A DNA stretch of 64,000 bases. It comes from Tubulanus polymorphus (taxonomy: Eukaryota > Animalia > Nemertea). Below, one piece after another: positions 12,013 to 25,000 of this stretch. Both the position numbers and the translations under genes were made by a program. The notes under the pieces are model-generated. The model saw only the letters and a list, made by a program, of their open reading frames with translations, made no database searches and was not told where the DNA came from. Position 1 is the stretch's first letter; the number at the start of each line of letters is the position of its first letter. The DNA is taken from the NCBI RefSeq assembly GCF_964204645.1, contig NC_134030.1, positions 1,843,355-1,907,354 on the forward strand, given 5' to 3'.

Positions 12013-13779
12013 TTATTAGTATCAATGCAATTCCCAGCACCGTTCAAACACTAACTCAAGAGTATTATAAAGAATTTACACATAAATACGTAATATAAAA
12101 TAAATTCATACTAAATACTTATTTTGAGCGATATTTTTGAAATACCGATATTTCAAAGTCTATGTACAATTAGGGGGCGTGGATTTTTATATTTCAAATG
12201 AAATGTTGTCGACAAATAACAGAAATTTTCAAAAATAAATACAGTAAACCTCGCCCAAATCAGACTGTAGAGGACTAAGTGAAATATCAGGAACCAACAA
12301 TACACCGCAGTGCGGAGTAGACGCACTAAAGCCGTATGTCTGTTATTCAACAAACTGAGGTGGAATTATTTCAAATCCATCTCCAGCTGTTTGGGGTATC
12401 AACTAGTCAGCACTGAAAGCTTTTACTAACTTGGGACAAAAGCAAAATCATTTTTCTGACTTCCTAACGTTATTTTCCTTTCTTTAACTCAGACTCCATT
12501 TACCTCTGGTTAATTTTTGCCAGTTCCAGTTTTTCAGTGTTAGGCAAAGTTTACCGCAGTATAATCTGTCGGTACTATACCCATACCATACTCTTGATTC
12601 ATTTCGAAAACTAATTTCAACTCTCAACTTAGGATTGTCGATTACGTGCTTCAAAATATTCATGAGAAATCTTATGTACAAGTATATGTGAATAATCGAT
12701 ATAATTAATATTCAGCTGGCAGGTGGCGCTACTGTAAAATGGTCGAATATATCGCTTTCTTTCTCGTGCGGGAATGCATCGATGTTGACGGCTGCCGTCT
12801 GCAAATAGAAAATACATCTTAAAACTGAGATATCTGAGAGAGAGAATTGAGAGAGAGAGAGGAAGCACATTTAAAGCAGTGCGTAAAACAAAAATCATTC
12901 CTGCGATATTTCGATATCGAATCGACTCACAGGATGTTGGGAGAGACTGTTGAAATCAGTCCGATGAGACGTAGGAAGGTTTATGAGTTATCAATACCCT
13001 GTATTAGTAGAGCAAAAAAATTAATAACACTTAACAAACTCAAACTCTAAATTAAACTCAATATTTCGATTAAATTGTTCGTTAGGCTATTTATTCAATA
13101 TTGTATCTTTTTCGTGCGTTCTTATTAAGCGCTAAAAACAGATTTCTATAGCAACAACATTTAGTAATGCGCATGCCGCAGGTGGTTTTGATGATGAAGA
13201 GAGAATTCTATGATAGACTACTGGAGATACAAAGGGCGAAATTAAAGAGATTATTAAGATTTTATATCTGGTAGAAAGTTGGGTGGAACTAAAGAGTGAA
13301 AGTGATGAGACGAAGAAAAGGTTATCAAATATTTTTCTCTTTAATCGAGAATGAATTTTAAAAAATTTTTCTAGTAAAATTTATGTCTTTATAATATCGA
13401 CTACACGACCTTTTTTCCAAGATGTTAAAAATCACCCAAAATCCGTATGAACTAATTTTCTTAAAATTCGGATAAATATTGATTCTAACACCAAAATTAT
13501 TATAAAAAATCCTCGCATGCCAGGGTCCAGTTTCATGTTCAATGTAGAATTAGATAGAAAGAGACCCTGGCAAGCGAGGACTGATCCAAAATCCAAAATT
13601 AAAACATCAATCATCCAATCACCGTGGGTGAATTATACAGCTTACCGCTGTTACCAGGATCCAGTTATTTTTAGATGAAACATGGAAGATTAAATTTCAC
13701 ATCACCACAAACGCTCAGATAGTGTCTCTGAGGGCAGTACAATTTCAACCCCACTCTTCCCAGCATCGGTGGTGCTGTG

Positions 13780-14035
13780 AGACCAGAGTAGTACTCAGAG
13801 TGAGAGCAGTTTAGTACTCAGAGTGGTACTTAGAGTTGTACTCAGGGTGGTACTCAGAGTTGTACTCAGAGTGGTACTCACGAGTGAGACCAGAGTAGTA
13901 CTCAGAGTGGTACTCAGAGTGGTACTCAGAGTGGTACTCAGAGTGGTACTCAAGAGTGAGACCGGAGTAGTACTCAGAGTGGTACTCAAGAGTGAGACCG
14001 GAGTAGTACTCAGAGTGGTACTCAGAGTGGTATTT
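13780..14035. repeat. 12-bp tandem repeat (gtggtactcaga)n
   Basis: Directly visible. Confidence 0.9.
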
Positions 14036-14349
14036 AGGAACTGAGGCCGGAGCCACTGAAGGGAAGGAGAGGGAGGAGTTTATAGTAGGAACTAATCCAC
14101 AGGGTAATTGGATGATGGAAACAATATAAACCGTAAAGAACCTGACACGAATTATAATTGACGTATAGAAGAGGTTTGTCATCTTACCTCCTCTTCCTCC
14201 TTCTCCTCATCTCTCTATAGTTAATCATCATCTACCTCTAACAGGGTACGATAACACATACTCCCCCCACTGTCTTCCTCGGGACGCTTAGAGACGTATA
14301 TATAAACAATACAATATAAATACACAGTCATCATCACTAACAAACACTG

Positions 14350-14850
14350 TATACATGTGACATTATATGCATGTTACACAGGGTACATGCACATGTCACC
14401 AGCTACATGTACATGTTACACGCTACATGCACATGTCACCAGCTTCATGTACACGTTACATGCACATGTCACCAGCTACATGTACATGTTACACACTACA
14501 TGCACATGTCACCAGCTACATGTACACGTTACACGCTACATGCACATGTCACCAGCTACATGTACATGTAACACGCTACATGCACATGTCACCAGCTACA
14601 TGTACTCGTTACACGCTACATGTACACGTTACACGCTACATGCACATGTCACCAGCTACATGTACATGTTACACGCTACATGCACATGTCACCAGCTACA
14701 TGTACACGTTACACGCTACATGCACATGTCACCAGCTACATGTACACGTTACACGCTACATGCACATGTCACCAGCTACATGTACATGTTACACGCTACA
14801 TGCACATGTCACCAGCTACATGTACACGTTACACGCTACATGCACATGTC
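14350..14850. repeat. 40-bp purine/pyrimidine-alternating minisatellite
   Basis: Unit tgcacatgtcaccagctacatgtacacgttacacgctaca, about 12 copies. Confidence 0.9.
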
Positions 14851-15171
14851 AGTACATTTTAGACCAACGGACAGACTTTGTTACAATGTTCAATAACGTA
14901 ACCACATATTTTTAAGAAGTTTTAAAATGGACAGATTTTTTCCTGAAGGAAAGTGATAGGCCTACCCTCTGTTAGTAGAATACATGAGGAATCTGAATCA
15001 CCTGCGTATAAAACTATTCATCTAATCTATATTCTATAGTTAATATATAACATGTGAGGTGTCTCAGAGAGTGACAAACTTCACTATAGACATAGACACT
15101 GTAATAAAGTACACTCTTCGTAAACACCTAGAGTTCAATAAATGTAGAGACAAATAGTACTTTGCAGGTTA

Positions 15172-15370
15172 ACTAGATTTATGTGAAGTTCGAGCGTTCA
15201 CTACTAGTGCACATAGCAGCTTCATCAGGTGAATGAGTACCAGTCAATGTAGAAACAATATCTGAAACTACCTATAAATACTGTTGTTTCAGCATTGACT
15301 GGTACTCATTTACGTGATGTTGCTACAATGCGCACTTGTAGCGAAAGCTTGTACTCAAAATAAATCTAGT
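15172..15370. mobile_element. Inverted-repeat relic with degenerate hammerhead-like cores (Penelope-like)
   Basis: Arms actagatttat...gagtaccagtcaatg and cattgactggtactc...ataaatctagt; minus-strand CTGATGA in the left arm, gtgatgt...gcgaaagct in the right arm. Confidence 0.45.
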
Positions 15371-16206
15371 CAATATTCAAAGTACTATCTGTCTTAACGT
15401 TTATGGATAGGTCACAATCAGTGAAACATAACTAAAACTAATTCAATAGTTATATACGTGTAATACATGGTTTATGTTGTATGCGGTGTATGAATTTAAT
15501 GGTTATATATTCCTGGTAGAAATGTTAATAGCTTCTGAACCAGTTCTATATGACTCACCCACGAGCCAATCACAGGTTTACACTAAATACGTGTATCAAA
15601 GTTGAGGGAAATTATGAGGCCCCCGAGCCGTATCTAATTATTAATCTATTCAGAATTTTTTGGTTCATTAAACTATACCCATAGGGTTCGATTTCATGAA
15701 AAAGCTTAAGATTTGTTTTGCCCTCATCGAAAACATGAAGTTGCCAAATGCGATAAAACCAACAATTTGAGTCTATTTTTTGTGACACCGCACCCAGTTT
15801 CACGAAAAGGATTAATTCCAAAACTGATTTAAGATAGGCCTAAAAATAGAAATTTGAATTGACTTAATCAGTGTTCTCCATAAACCGGTTTTAGGGGGCG
15901 GCCACCACTTTCATTTTTATATCCATTCCTCGATCTGAAAATCAGCCACCCTACCAGAAGAAGATTAAACCAAAATTAAGCTTAAGTTTCTGTTTTTTTT
16001 TTGGAAGATCGAAAGAAAGCCTTGCTATTTCAGCGACCACCATGTGATACACTTAACAATGAGGTCAGCCCCTTAAAAATACCAGCATACACTGTTATAA
16101 TAACGGGTTTTGCGAAACTGGATCCAGGTTCGCAAGTCTATAAAACAGTTACGGTTAAGTTCGAAGAGACAAGAGAGAAAGAGATGAAGAGTTAAACAGT
16201 TCTTAC

Positions 16207-19200
16207 CCGTTGAGGTATCGGGTTTCCACCGTTATCAGACACCACAAATAGATCAGTGAAGTTCGGTCGCGACGGAGCGTCGGAATAAGGGTTCGACGGA
16301 AAATCTGCTAACGCTTGATCGTTCACTATAGCTATCTATAAAAACAATTCAAGAAAACAAAATCAATATGTTATTTGTTACATAGTTAGACTCTCCTACA
16401 GTAGAACCCATGCCTGCATCGTTCTAGAGCGCCTTGATGACATTTCCAGCCAATAAAGTAATCATGCTTTATATTTATTTCAGCCCGGGTCGATCTATTC
16501 TAGGATTTATCTAAGTGATTATACAAAAGCAGGATGGCCACTTTTATTCGATTTGCTTTTATCCCTGACTATTCCCTGACATGTTGTTTTCTCTGATCTG
16601 ATCTGCTAAGAATCAGATCAATTAACATAGTCAAATATGTAAGACATAGATGGAAACTGATTGATTTAACACATCTAGCAATCTCAACATATTGCCCTGG
16701 CTTTTTTCTGATTTTTGGCTTTTTTTTACGATATAACCTAAATATTTCCTGACTTTGTAAAGAAAAGAAAAATCCCTGACTTTTCCCTGATTTCCAGCTG
16801 AATGGTCACATTGTCCATCAATTTCTAGAGAAAACAGTGTGAATACCAGTAAGGCGAATGACGTACCTGAGCTGTCCGTACGTGGAATGGAAAGTTATTG
16901 TTGGCAGCAGACGGACGGGTTAAAATCTGTAACAAAGTCACCATGGAAATAATTAACTGACGGTATTTTGAATTATCTCGGTGATTGGATAACAGAATTT
17001 CGGACACTTACGATGAAAAACAGATAACCGCAGAAAATGACGCAGTTTTCAACACCGTTGACAACCTTTTCACGCACCCACGGTTTCATCTGTGTCATAG
17101 CAACCAATATAATAATCGGGCCAGCCCAAAACCTGGGGAAAAAAACAAGAAATTATGACTCGGACTAGACTTCTGTAAAGTGACGACTTACGCTTAGTAA
17201 ATTGAACTAGAAATACAAATTGAGACTTGAGCAAAGTGACGACTTACCAGATTGTATAAAATATGTAAAACGGGAAATAGAATTTTCCTTTTTCCTGGTA
17301 ATGTTTCAACGTGAAGAAAACTGATACAGTGAACCAGATCCAGGCGAGAATTCGTAGAACGATTAAACCGTAGCCGGGAACGCTTTCATACGTGTATAAC
17401 ACTAAACCAGGATCGAAGAACTGTTCATAGAAATAAATATTAATACAATTAAATATAGCTGCAAAGCAGTGATAACAGGTTTTTTTCTGTAGCCCAAGTT
17501 TTACCGCTAAGATCAACTGAATTAACGAAGAAATTAAATTGATTTGAAGAGTTAAACGTTTTTGTGAACACGATACAAGGATCGAAAACTGTTCGTAGAA
17601 ATAGATTTACGAAATTAAAGATAGCTGCAAAGCAGCGTTAACAGATTCGGTAGCTCAGGACCCAATTTCACTGTTTGGATGAAATTGATTCAAGATAAAC
17701 CGAATTAATGAAGAAATTAAAACAATTTTAAGAGTTTTAACTTTTTTTAGTGAAACTGGGAGATTTTCCTCTATATCGGTTCATATTTCAAAAATTTGAA
17801 TAAACGTCAAAATGACGGTTTTAACTGTCAACTTACGAATGCTTCGTAGATGAAAAGAACGACGTAGATGATGATATAGGCCGTCATAAATACGGTAACT
17901 TTGATTGTTCCTGACTGCGATAAACGCCCCCTGGTGACGGTGTAACCTTTCGCGAGAAGAATCAACATCAACTCGAACGTGAGTACGCCGCCGGATTCAA
18001 ACACGCGACCTTGAAAATAATTAAATACAAATTATAATTTATTTGTCGACAAAAACGTAGATGATATTTTGACAATGATAAAATAAACATGAAACTGATT
18101 ACAAATTTTATTGCAGCTTACATACACAGACCGGGTCGATTAGGAGAAACAATACATCATCTTTTTAACCCCAAAATCAAAGAGCCTCGGGCGGCGATGG
18201 CTGCTAGGTAACAACGCAAACATTTACGGCGCTAATAATCACTTCAATTTTCGAATTATCACATTTCAATAACGAGGAATTCCACGTTATGTAATACAAG
18301 GAATGATGATATATATCGTATTCGTAAATTTCTCAGGTGAAATAACAAACCTTCAGCGAAAACGCTTCAGATTGATATTTGCACATATCACCAGCCGAGT
18401 CGTGCTTCATCATTTCACGATTTATTGACGTAAGGTAAATCTCTCAGACGATACGTTTAACGCAGTTTGCATGGGTATACACGTCGTAGTATACACGACA
18501 GTATTCATTAGGGTATACACAAGGGTATACACAATATCATACACAAGGGTATACACAAGGGTATACACAATATCATACACAAGGGTATACACAATATCAT
18601 ACACAAGGGTATACACAATATCATACACAAGGGTATACACAAAATCATACACAAGGGTATACACAAAATCATACACAAGGGTATACACGTCGTAGTATAC
18701 ACGACAGTATTCATTAGGGTATACACAAGGGTATACACAATATCATACACAAAACTATAAGTATTCATTAGGGTATACGCAAGGGTCTTCATAGGGGTAT
18801 ACACAAGGGTATACACAATATCATACACAAAAATATACAGAAAGGTCTTCATAGGGGTATACACAAGGGTAATCATTAGGGTATACACAAGGGTATACAC
18901 TAGGTAAATATGTGCAATGTGTATACTGATAAGAACGGAGTGAGCAACGACGTCCGACTGCGCCAGTTTTTTAAACCGATCTCTCTGCAGACGACAGACG
19001 CTTTAGTAGCTTAGCAACACCGTTTAACAATGACCGCAGTACGCATGCACGCACGTAGGGACGAAAGATTAATAGAGTGAAAGAGCTGATGTTAATGAGA
19101 TACAGTGTCTAAACTAGCTAATAAACAACACATTCTGATCAACGCCAGACTTCGGGTTAACAGGTTTCTCCACAAACAGGGCAGATTTACTACAGGGTAC

Positions 19201-22041
19201 CCTCAACCTGCTGAACGCCACTCAGGGCAGTATTACTACAGGGTACCCTCAACCTGCTGAACACCACTCAGGCAGTATCAGCAGGTTCCCCTCAACCAAC
19301 GAGCACCACTCAGGGCAGTATTACTACAGGGTACCCTCAACCTGCTGAACGCCACTCAGGGCAGTATCAGCAGGTTCCCCTCAACCAACGAGCACCACTC
19401 AGGGCAGTATTACTACAGGGTACCCTCAACCCTCTGAACTCCACTTAGGGCGGTATAAGCAGGTTCCCCTTCACCCTCTAAGCACCACTGAGGGCATTAT
19501 CAAGCAGGTTTTTTCCATCAACCCGCTAAGCTTTGAAATGATTTGAAATCAGTTCCTTTCTATTCTGCTGGGCAGCTACGGACCGCGGGTAAGGGTTGAT
19601 ATGAATATTTACCGATATATTTTGCGGCTCTATTTTCGACCCCTGATTGAGCGTAAACTCCGTAAGCGCAACACATTATAATCAAACTGAACACTTCACA
19701 AGATAACGCGGCCAGATACATCTTATACGTTGTGTGGAATAACTGTCTGTCAGCCAGAACGTCTATAAATACAAACAAATATACAATCAGTTTACAAGTT
19801 TAGAAGTGTTTTACGTCCCAACTGCAATTAGTTTCAGTGTAACCCTAGTGGGTCTTAAGAGACGGCCAGGGCCTTTTTATATGGCTCATAACCGGACTAA
19901 GTTAGCAGAGCTTAGTCCATGTATGTGCCTTGACAGCCAACACCTGGGGCTGGTTCCTCAGTTGAGACTTAAGTCCAAAAATGGTCTTAAATTTTAAGAC
20001 CGGTCTTAAGTTGTTAGATTGGTTATAGAACTAAGATGGTCTTAGATTGGTCTTAAGTCTAAGCCATGACCATGGAACTGAGCCCAGAGGTGGTTTCGAA
20101 CTAGGGACCTCTCGGTTCCCAGTCCTCCACTCAACCAACTGAGCTAACTGGACAGGACAAACAGATTTAAAAGCTCCAATTCAGTTCAGAGTTGGATCCA
20201 GGAGGACTTGTGACTCTTGTACAAGCAGGGTGTGATCTAAACACTTGTCCACTTGCCAGGGACAAGTATATATATGTTCATTAGGGAAATACAGATAATA
20301 GACAATCAGTTTACAGATTCAAAAGCTCAAATCCAGTTCAGGGCTCAGTTTCATGAAAAAGTGTAAACTTAAAACGGTTTAGTTTGAATTGTTGTCGTCA
20401 TTGAAGTTGCCAATAGCAATAAAACCAAAAAGTTGAGTTTATCTTTTATGTGAAACTTGTGAACTACATTAAGCAATTACTATGATTACTGTTCCTGTGT
20501 GTGAATTTTTCATTATCATCTACTTTGACAATATATACATGTTCATCAATCAAATCAAAAATGCATTTAGTCTTTATAAATTTCAGGGGTGCATCCAGCA
20601 GGACTGGTAAGACTTTTTAGTGCCCAAACTAATTTTGTCAACAGAGAGTTACTGCGTTCGAATACACTTAATGTTGCCTTTAAAGATTTTTTATCCGATA
20701 CACTACTAAAACTCAGTTCCTAATTCAGTAACCGCATAATTGGATAAAAAGAATCCTGGTTCCAACTGTATCGATTTAGGCGTAATGTACTGTAAATTCA
20801 AAATTGCCTATTTCTCAAAATTGAAAGTTTTTAGGCATTTTGTTCACGTTTAACCCTTTCCGTGCTGACTTATTAATACCCTATAGTGCTTGAGAAAATG
20901 TGAAAATTTGGGAAAATTCCATCCTAGTGTGTTGAATAACGGGAATAGCACTATAATGCGTCTACACCGCGGTGTATCGTTAGTTACTAATATCTCACTA
21001 TGTTTGACAGGTGCTGCCATCTTTCAATAGAGATAAAAACTAATTAAATCAATAAACCGCAGCGCGGTGTACTAGCAAAATCCATCAACGATTTATACAC
21101 CGCACTGCGGTGTAGACGCACTGAAAGGGCAATGGAGTTTCAAGCTGCACATTTAAAAGCATTTTCGATTTTCAAGGAGGTTCTAAGGAATCAAGGAGTC
21201 GTAGGTACACGGTTACCGTGGAAATTATTGAATTTCACTTTAAGGGAACCAATGGAGTAGTGAGTAACAGTGATCTCAGTAGTCAATACGTTTATAAATA
21301 TATTATATAAACTGCGGGGAATTCTTTGTTCTGGTTTACGAATAAATTCATTAAATCATAGACGATGACGATGACGCAGGCCCCGGAGCTTGAGACAATG
21401 AATGAATGTAACCACGACAACAACTGAATAGAGATGAATACAGAACGATATCGCGTTCACTCATTCATCACAAATATACACAGGATTTGTGACTCTACAG
21501 CTTACATAGTCAGACGCTGTCCGGTTCAGACTGGTTAGAAGATTGTTGAAACCAATCGCAACTGATATTCACAATTATGTACTTCGATTTAAATAAATAA
21601 TTCTTCAATCTGAACTATGATTTCTGATTTCGAAATGAAACCACCTGTTTTGCTTGCTCACTGCAGGTGTGGTGGATTTGTAAGGGACAACAAATCAAAA
21701 CCATAATGTGTCAAACCAAATTCACCAATCTAATAAATAAGAGGGTTAATCCTTATCTCAAGATTGAAAAAAAAACATATTTCAAGATCAAAACTAGAAA
21801 ACCAACTTGCACAGACCGGTATTTACCGTTCTGGATCATGAAAAGTCGAGATTTTTTTTTTTCGATTTCAAAGGTTCTGAATTTCGAAATAGTTCAGATT
21901 TGATGCCAGACACAATAGACGACTTTGTTTGATTTAACATTATGATATATGAGTTTTCTTAAATAAAGCGCACAATATTTGAACGACGCATTATTAAGGT
22001 TTGTATTGAAGAAGACTTTTCCTCAGGAAAATGAATCTTCT

Positions 22042-22098
<57 letters not shown>

Positions 22099-25000
22099 AT
22101 ACGACTCGACACGGCTTAGAACCGTGTTTTAGACTATTTCAATAGTTTTAATTAATGCGGCACAATGTTTTGTGACCAGTGTTTTGTCCCAGTTGACCGG
22201 ACACTGTACAGTTGTTATGACCCCCATCGGTCTAATGACTCGCTTAACAAAAATACACCTTCATGAATAACGAATATATTTAGATTTATCAAAATTAATT
22301 CATCGTTTCCATGGAGTTTGTTAAGGGCACGTACGCAAACATGTATATAACGCATATGACGGCACGATGGTGCGTGACAAGGTGAGAATGCGTGTCCATT
22401 TTTATACTTACACGAGAAATATAAAGAGAGTCCCAATAGAAATAAATGCGCGAATAAGAAAGCCATATCAACTTGTAGAATATCTGTAATGATAAACAAT
22501 ATGAATATACCGTATTCACAATTTAGTATAGAAATAATAAAAATTCCTAGAAAGAAAACTAATTTTGGTAGAATAAAAAAGGTATTCAGTACATGATTTC
22601 AAGACAGATCAGACTTGTAAATCAGGGAATTCAAATTGACTAAAAGTATGCTGATTTTCAAAGAAAAGAGTCAGAATTCCACGATTTCGTTGATTTTCTC
22701 AAGGAAATGGTCCGAATTCCTTGGAGAAAAATATACCCTGAATTCCCTCATTTCCAAGATCTGTATGAGAAACCTTAAATACCGGTAAACATAATCATTT
22801 GAAAAATTCCTAAAAAGGAAACAAATTTCGATTCAAACTTTAATAGATGTCAGTTTTAAATAACTTACAGAATTCGTCGGCTGAAAAATGTTCGAAAAAC
22901 AGATCGCCCGGTTCTCCGTTTGTCATCCATATTTCATATTTTAAATTTAAACCCTAGAAAATGTACATAAATATTTCAGAATCGTATAAATATTCCATAC
23001 AGTTCAACTACACAAAATATTTAATCATTCCAAAGATATTTCAATTTTCGTGAATAAATTATTTTCTATGAATTAAGCAGATTAATTTCAGCATTTTAAA
23101 CATTGGGATCTTATTATAGATATTAATCAAGAAATCATCTTTTTAGATCTTCAATTAAAAAAAAAATATGAAAATAGTAAAACATGCAAAACAAAAGAGT
23201 GAACATGCAAAAAACAGCAACAGACAGATAGACAGTCAGACAAATAGACAGTCAGACAAATAGACAGTCCTGTTAGTAAATAGCACATATCGGTTAGGTA
23301 GTGAATTAGATTACTTAGTTTGATTACGATCATAGCTACTCTCATAGACAGTTCCACAGGAGCCAGTTGCACATTTAAGACTGATCTAATACCATTTTAG
23401 TAACAAGTTTTTCAAGACCATATTTTCTCAAGTTTAAGATTAGGGTAAATCTCTTGGAATTTAGAATTATAGAATCCAGCAACCAGTAGCCCAAATGGGA
23501 TCAAACATCAAATATTTCTAAGAACAGCCCTAAACTGTTTAACCAGTTAAAACCTATCGTAGAATTATATCTAGTTCCAGTCATGGAACAAAGACTTTTT
23601 TCATAATTCTAAACAGCTTAGAAAATATCACAAATTAATTTATTAAAAGGACTAGTGAAAATATATATTTGAAATATTGGCATGCAATGGCAGAAGGCAA
23701 GCAACGGTTGAATATTGTCGTATTAAAGCTAAAATGACGCCCAATCATCTAAGCAAGCTCAGCTGTGAAGTGAATGATGGATAAAAAATAGGAGCGATAT
23801 AAACTCTTGGGGCCAGTTGTATAGTCAACTCACCAGTTTATACTCATTTTGGTTCTATAGCAAATCTCATAACTTATAGATGAGTTTAAGCTCATTGATG
23901 ACATTTACTCTTAAGACCAAGTACATTTCAGTTCTATAACCAATCTAACAACTTAAGACCAGTCTAAGCTCATTTTGATTCCATAACCAATCTAACAACT
24001 TAAGACCAGTCTAAGCTCATTTTGATTCCATAACCAATCTAACAAGTTAAGACCAGTCGAAGCTCATTTGGTTATTCAGCCAATCTAACAACTTCGGACC
24101 AGTCTAAACTCACTTTGGTTCTATAGTCAATCTAACAACTTAAGACCAGTCTAAACACATTTTGGTTCTATAACCAATCTAACAACTTAAGACCAGTCTA
24201 AGCTCATTTTGGTTCTATATAACCTAATCTAACAACTTTAGACCAGTCTATTCTCCTTTTAGTTTTATAGCTAATCTACCAAATTAAGACCAGTCTAAGC
24301 ACATTTCAGTTCTATAACCAATCTTACAACTTCAGATCAGTCGAAGCTCATTTTGGTTATTCAGCCAATCAAGCAACTTGAGACCAGTTTAAGTTCATTT
24401 TGGTTCTATATAACCTATCTAACAACTTTAGACCAGTCTAAACTCATTTTGGTTCTATAGTCAATCTAACAACTTTAGACCAGTCTAAACTCATTTTAGT
24501 TTTATAACCAATCTAACAACTTAAGACCAGTCAAAGCTCATTTTGGTTCTATAACCAATCTACCACTACTTAAGACCAGTCTAAACTCATTGTGGTTCCA
24601 TAACCAATCTAACAAGTTAAGACCAGTCGAAGCTCATTTTGGTTATTCAGCTTATCAAGCAGCTTAAATGCATTCTAAGAGCACTGTTTAGACTGTACAA
24701 CTGGTCCCTCGGATAGTTCCCCTTTAGCGCAGTGATACCTTAATAGATTGACAGTTCTCTATAACGACATACCACCATCTCGGCCGCCTACCGATCACTG
24801 CCATACTAAAGTTACACCAGACATTTCTAGTTTTCGTTATTTGTATATTTTGCGTTGCGGCCGTGTATATCGTTAAATTACTGGCGATGCAATTCGTAAA
24901 ATGCGACCGTTGGGTTAAACTGTAGATCTGATCGCTGGCGTCATCATCGAACTCTCCGAGTGCCGCGCGCTTTTGTTCACACGTCTATACAACACAAACA

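Noticed and set aside
13795-14915. Repetitive ORFs (STTL, EYHS, HAHVTSY)
   Set aside because: Open in several frames and strands because of 12-bp and 40-bp tandem repeats.
14220-16140. Candidate terminal exons for TMEM145 (about 16030-16139 or 14220-14286)
   Set aside because: Both have plausible acceptors and stops but no recognisable homology; cannot choose without cDNA.
20088-20150. Possible functional tRNA genes (also 29575-29650, 41175-41240)
   Set aside because: A and B boxes are present but acceptor and anticodon stems do not pair properly; more likely SINE heads.
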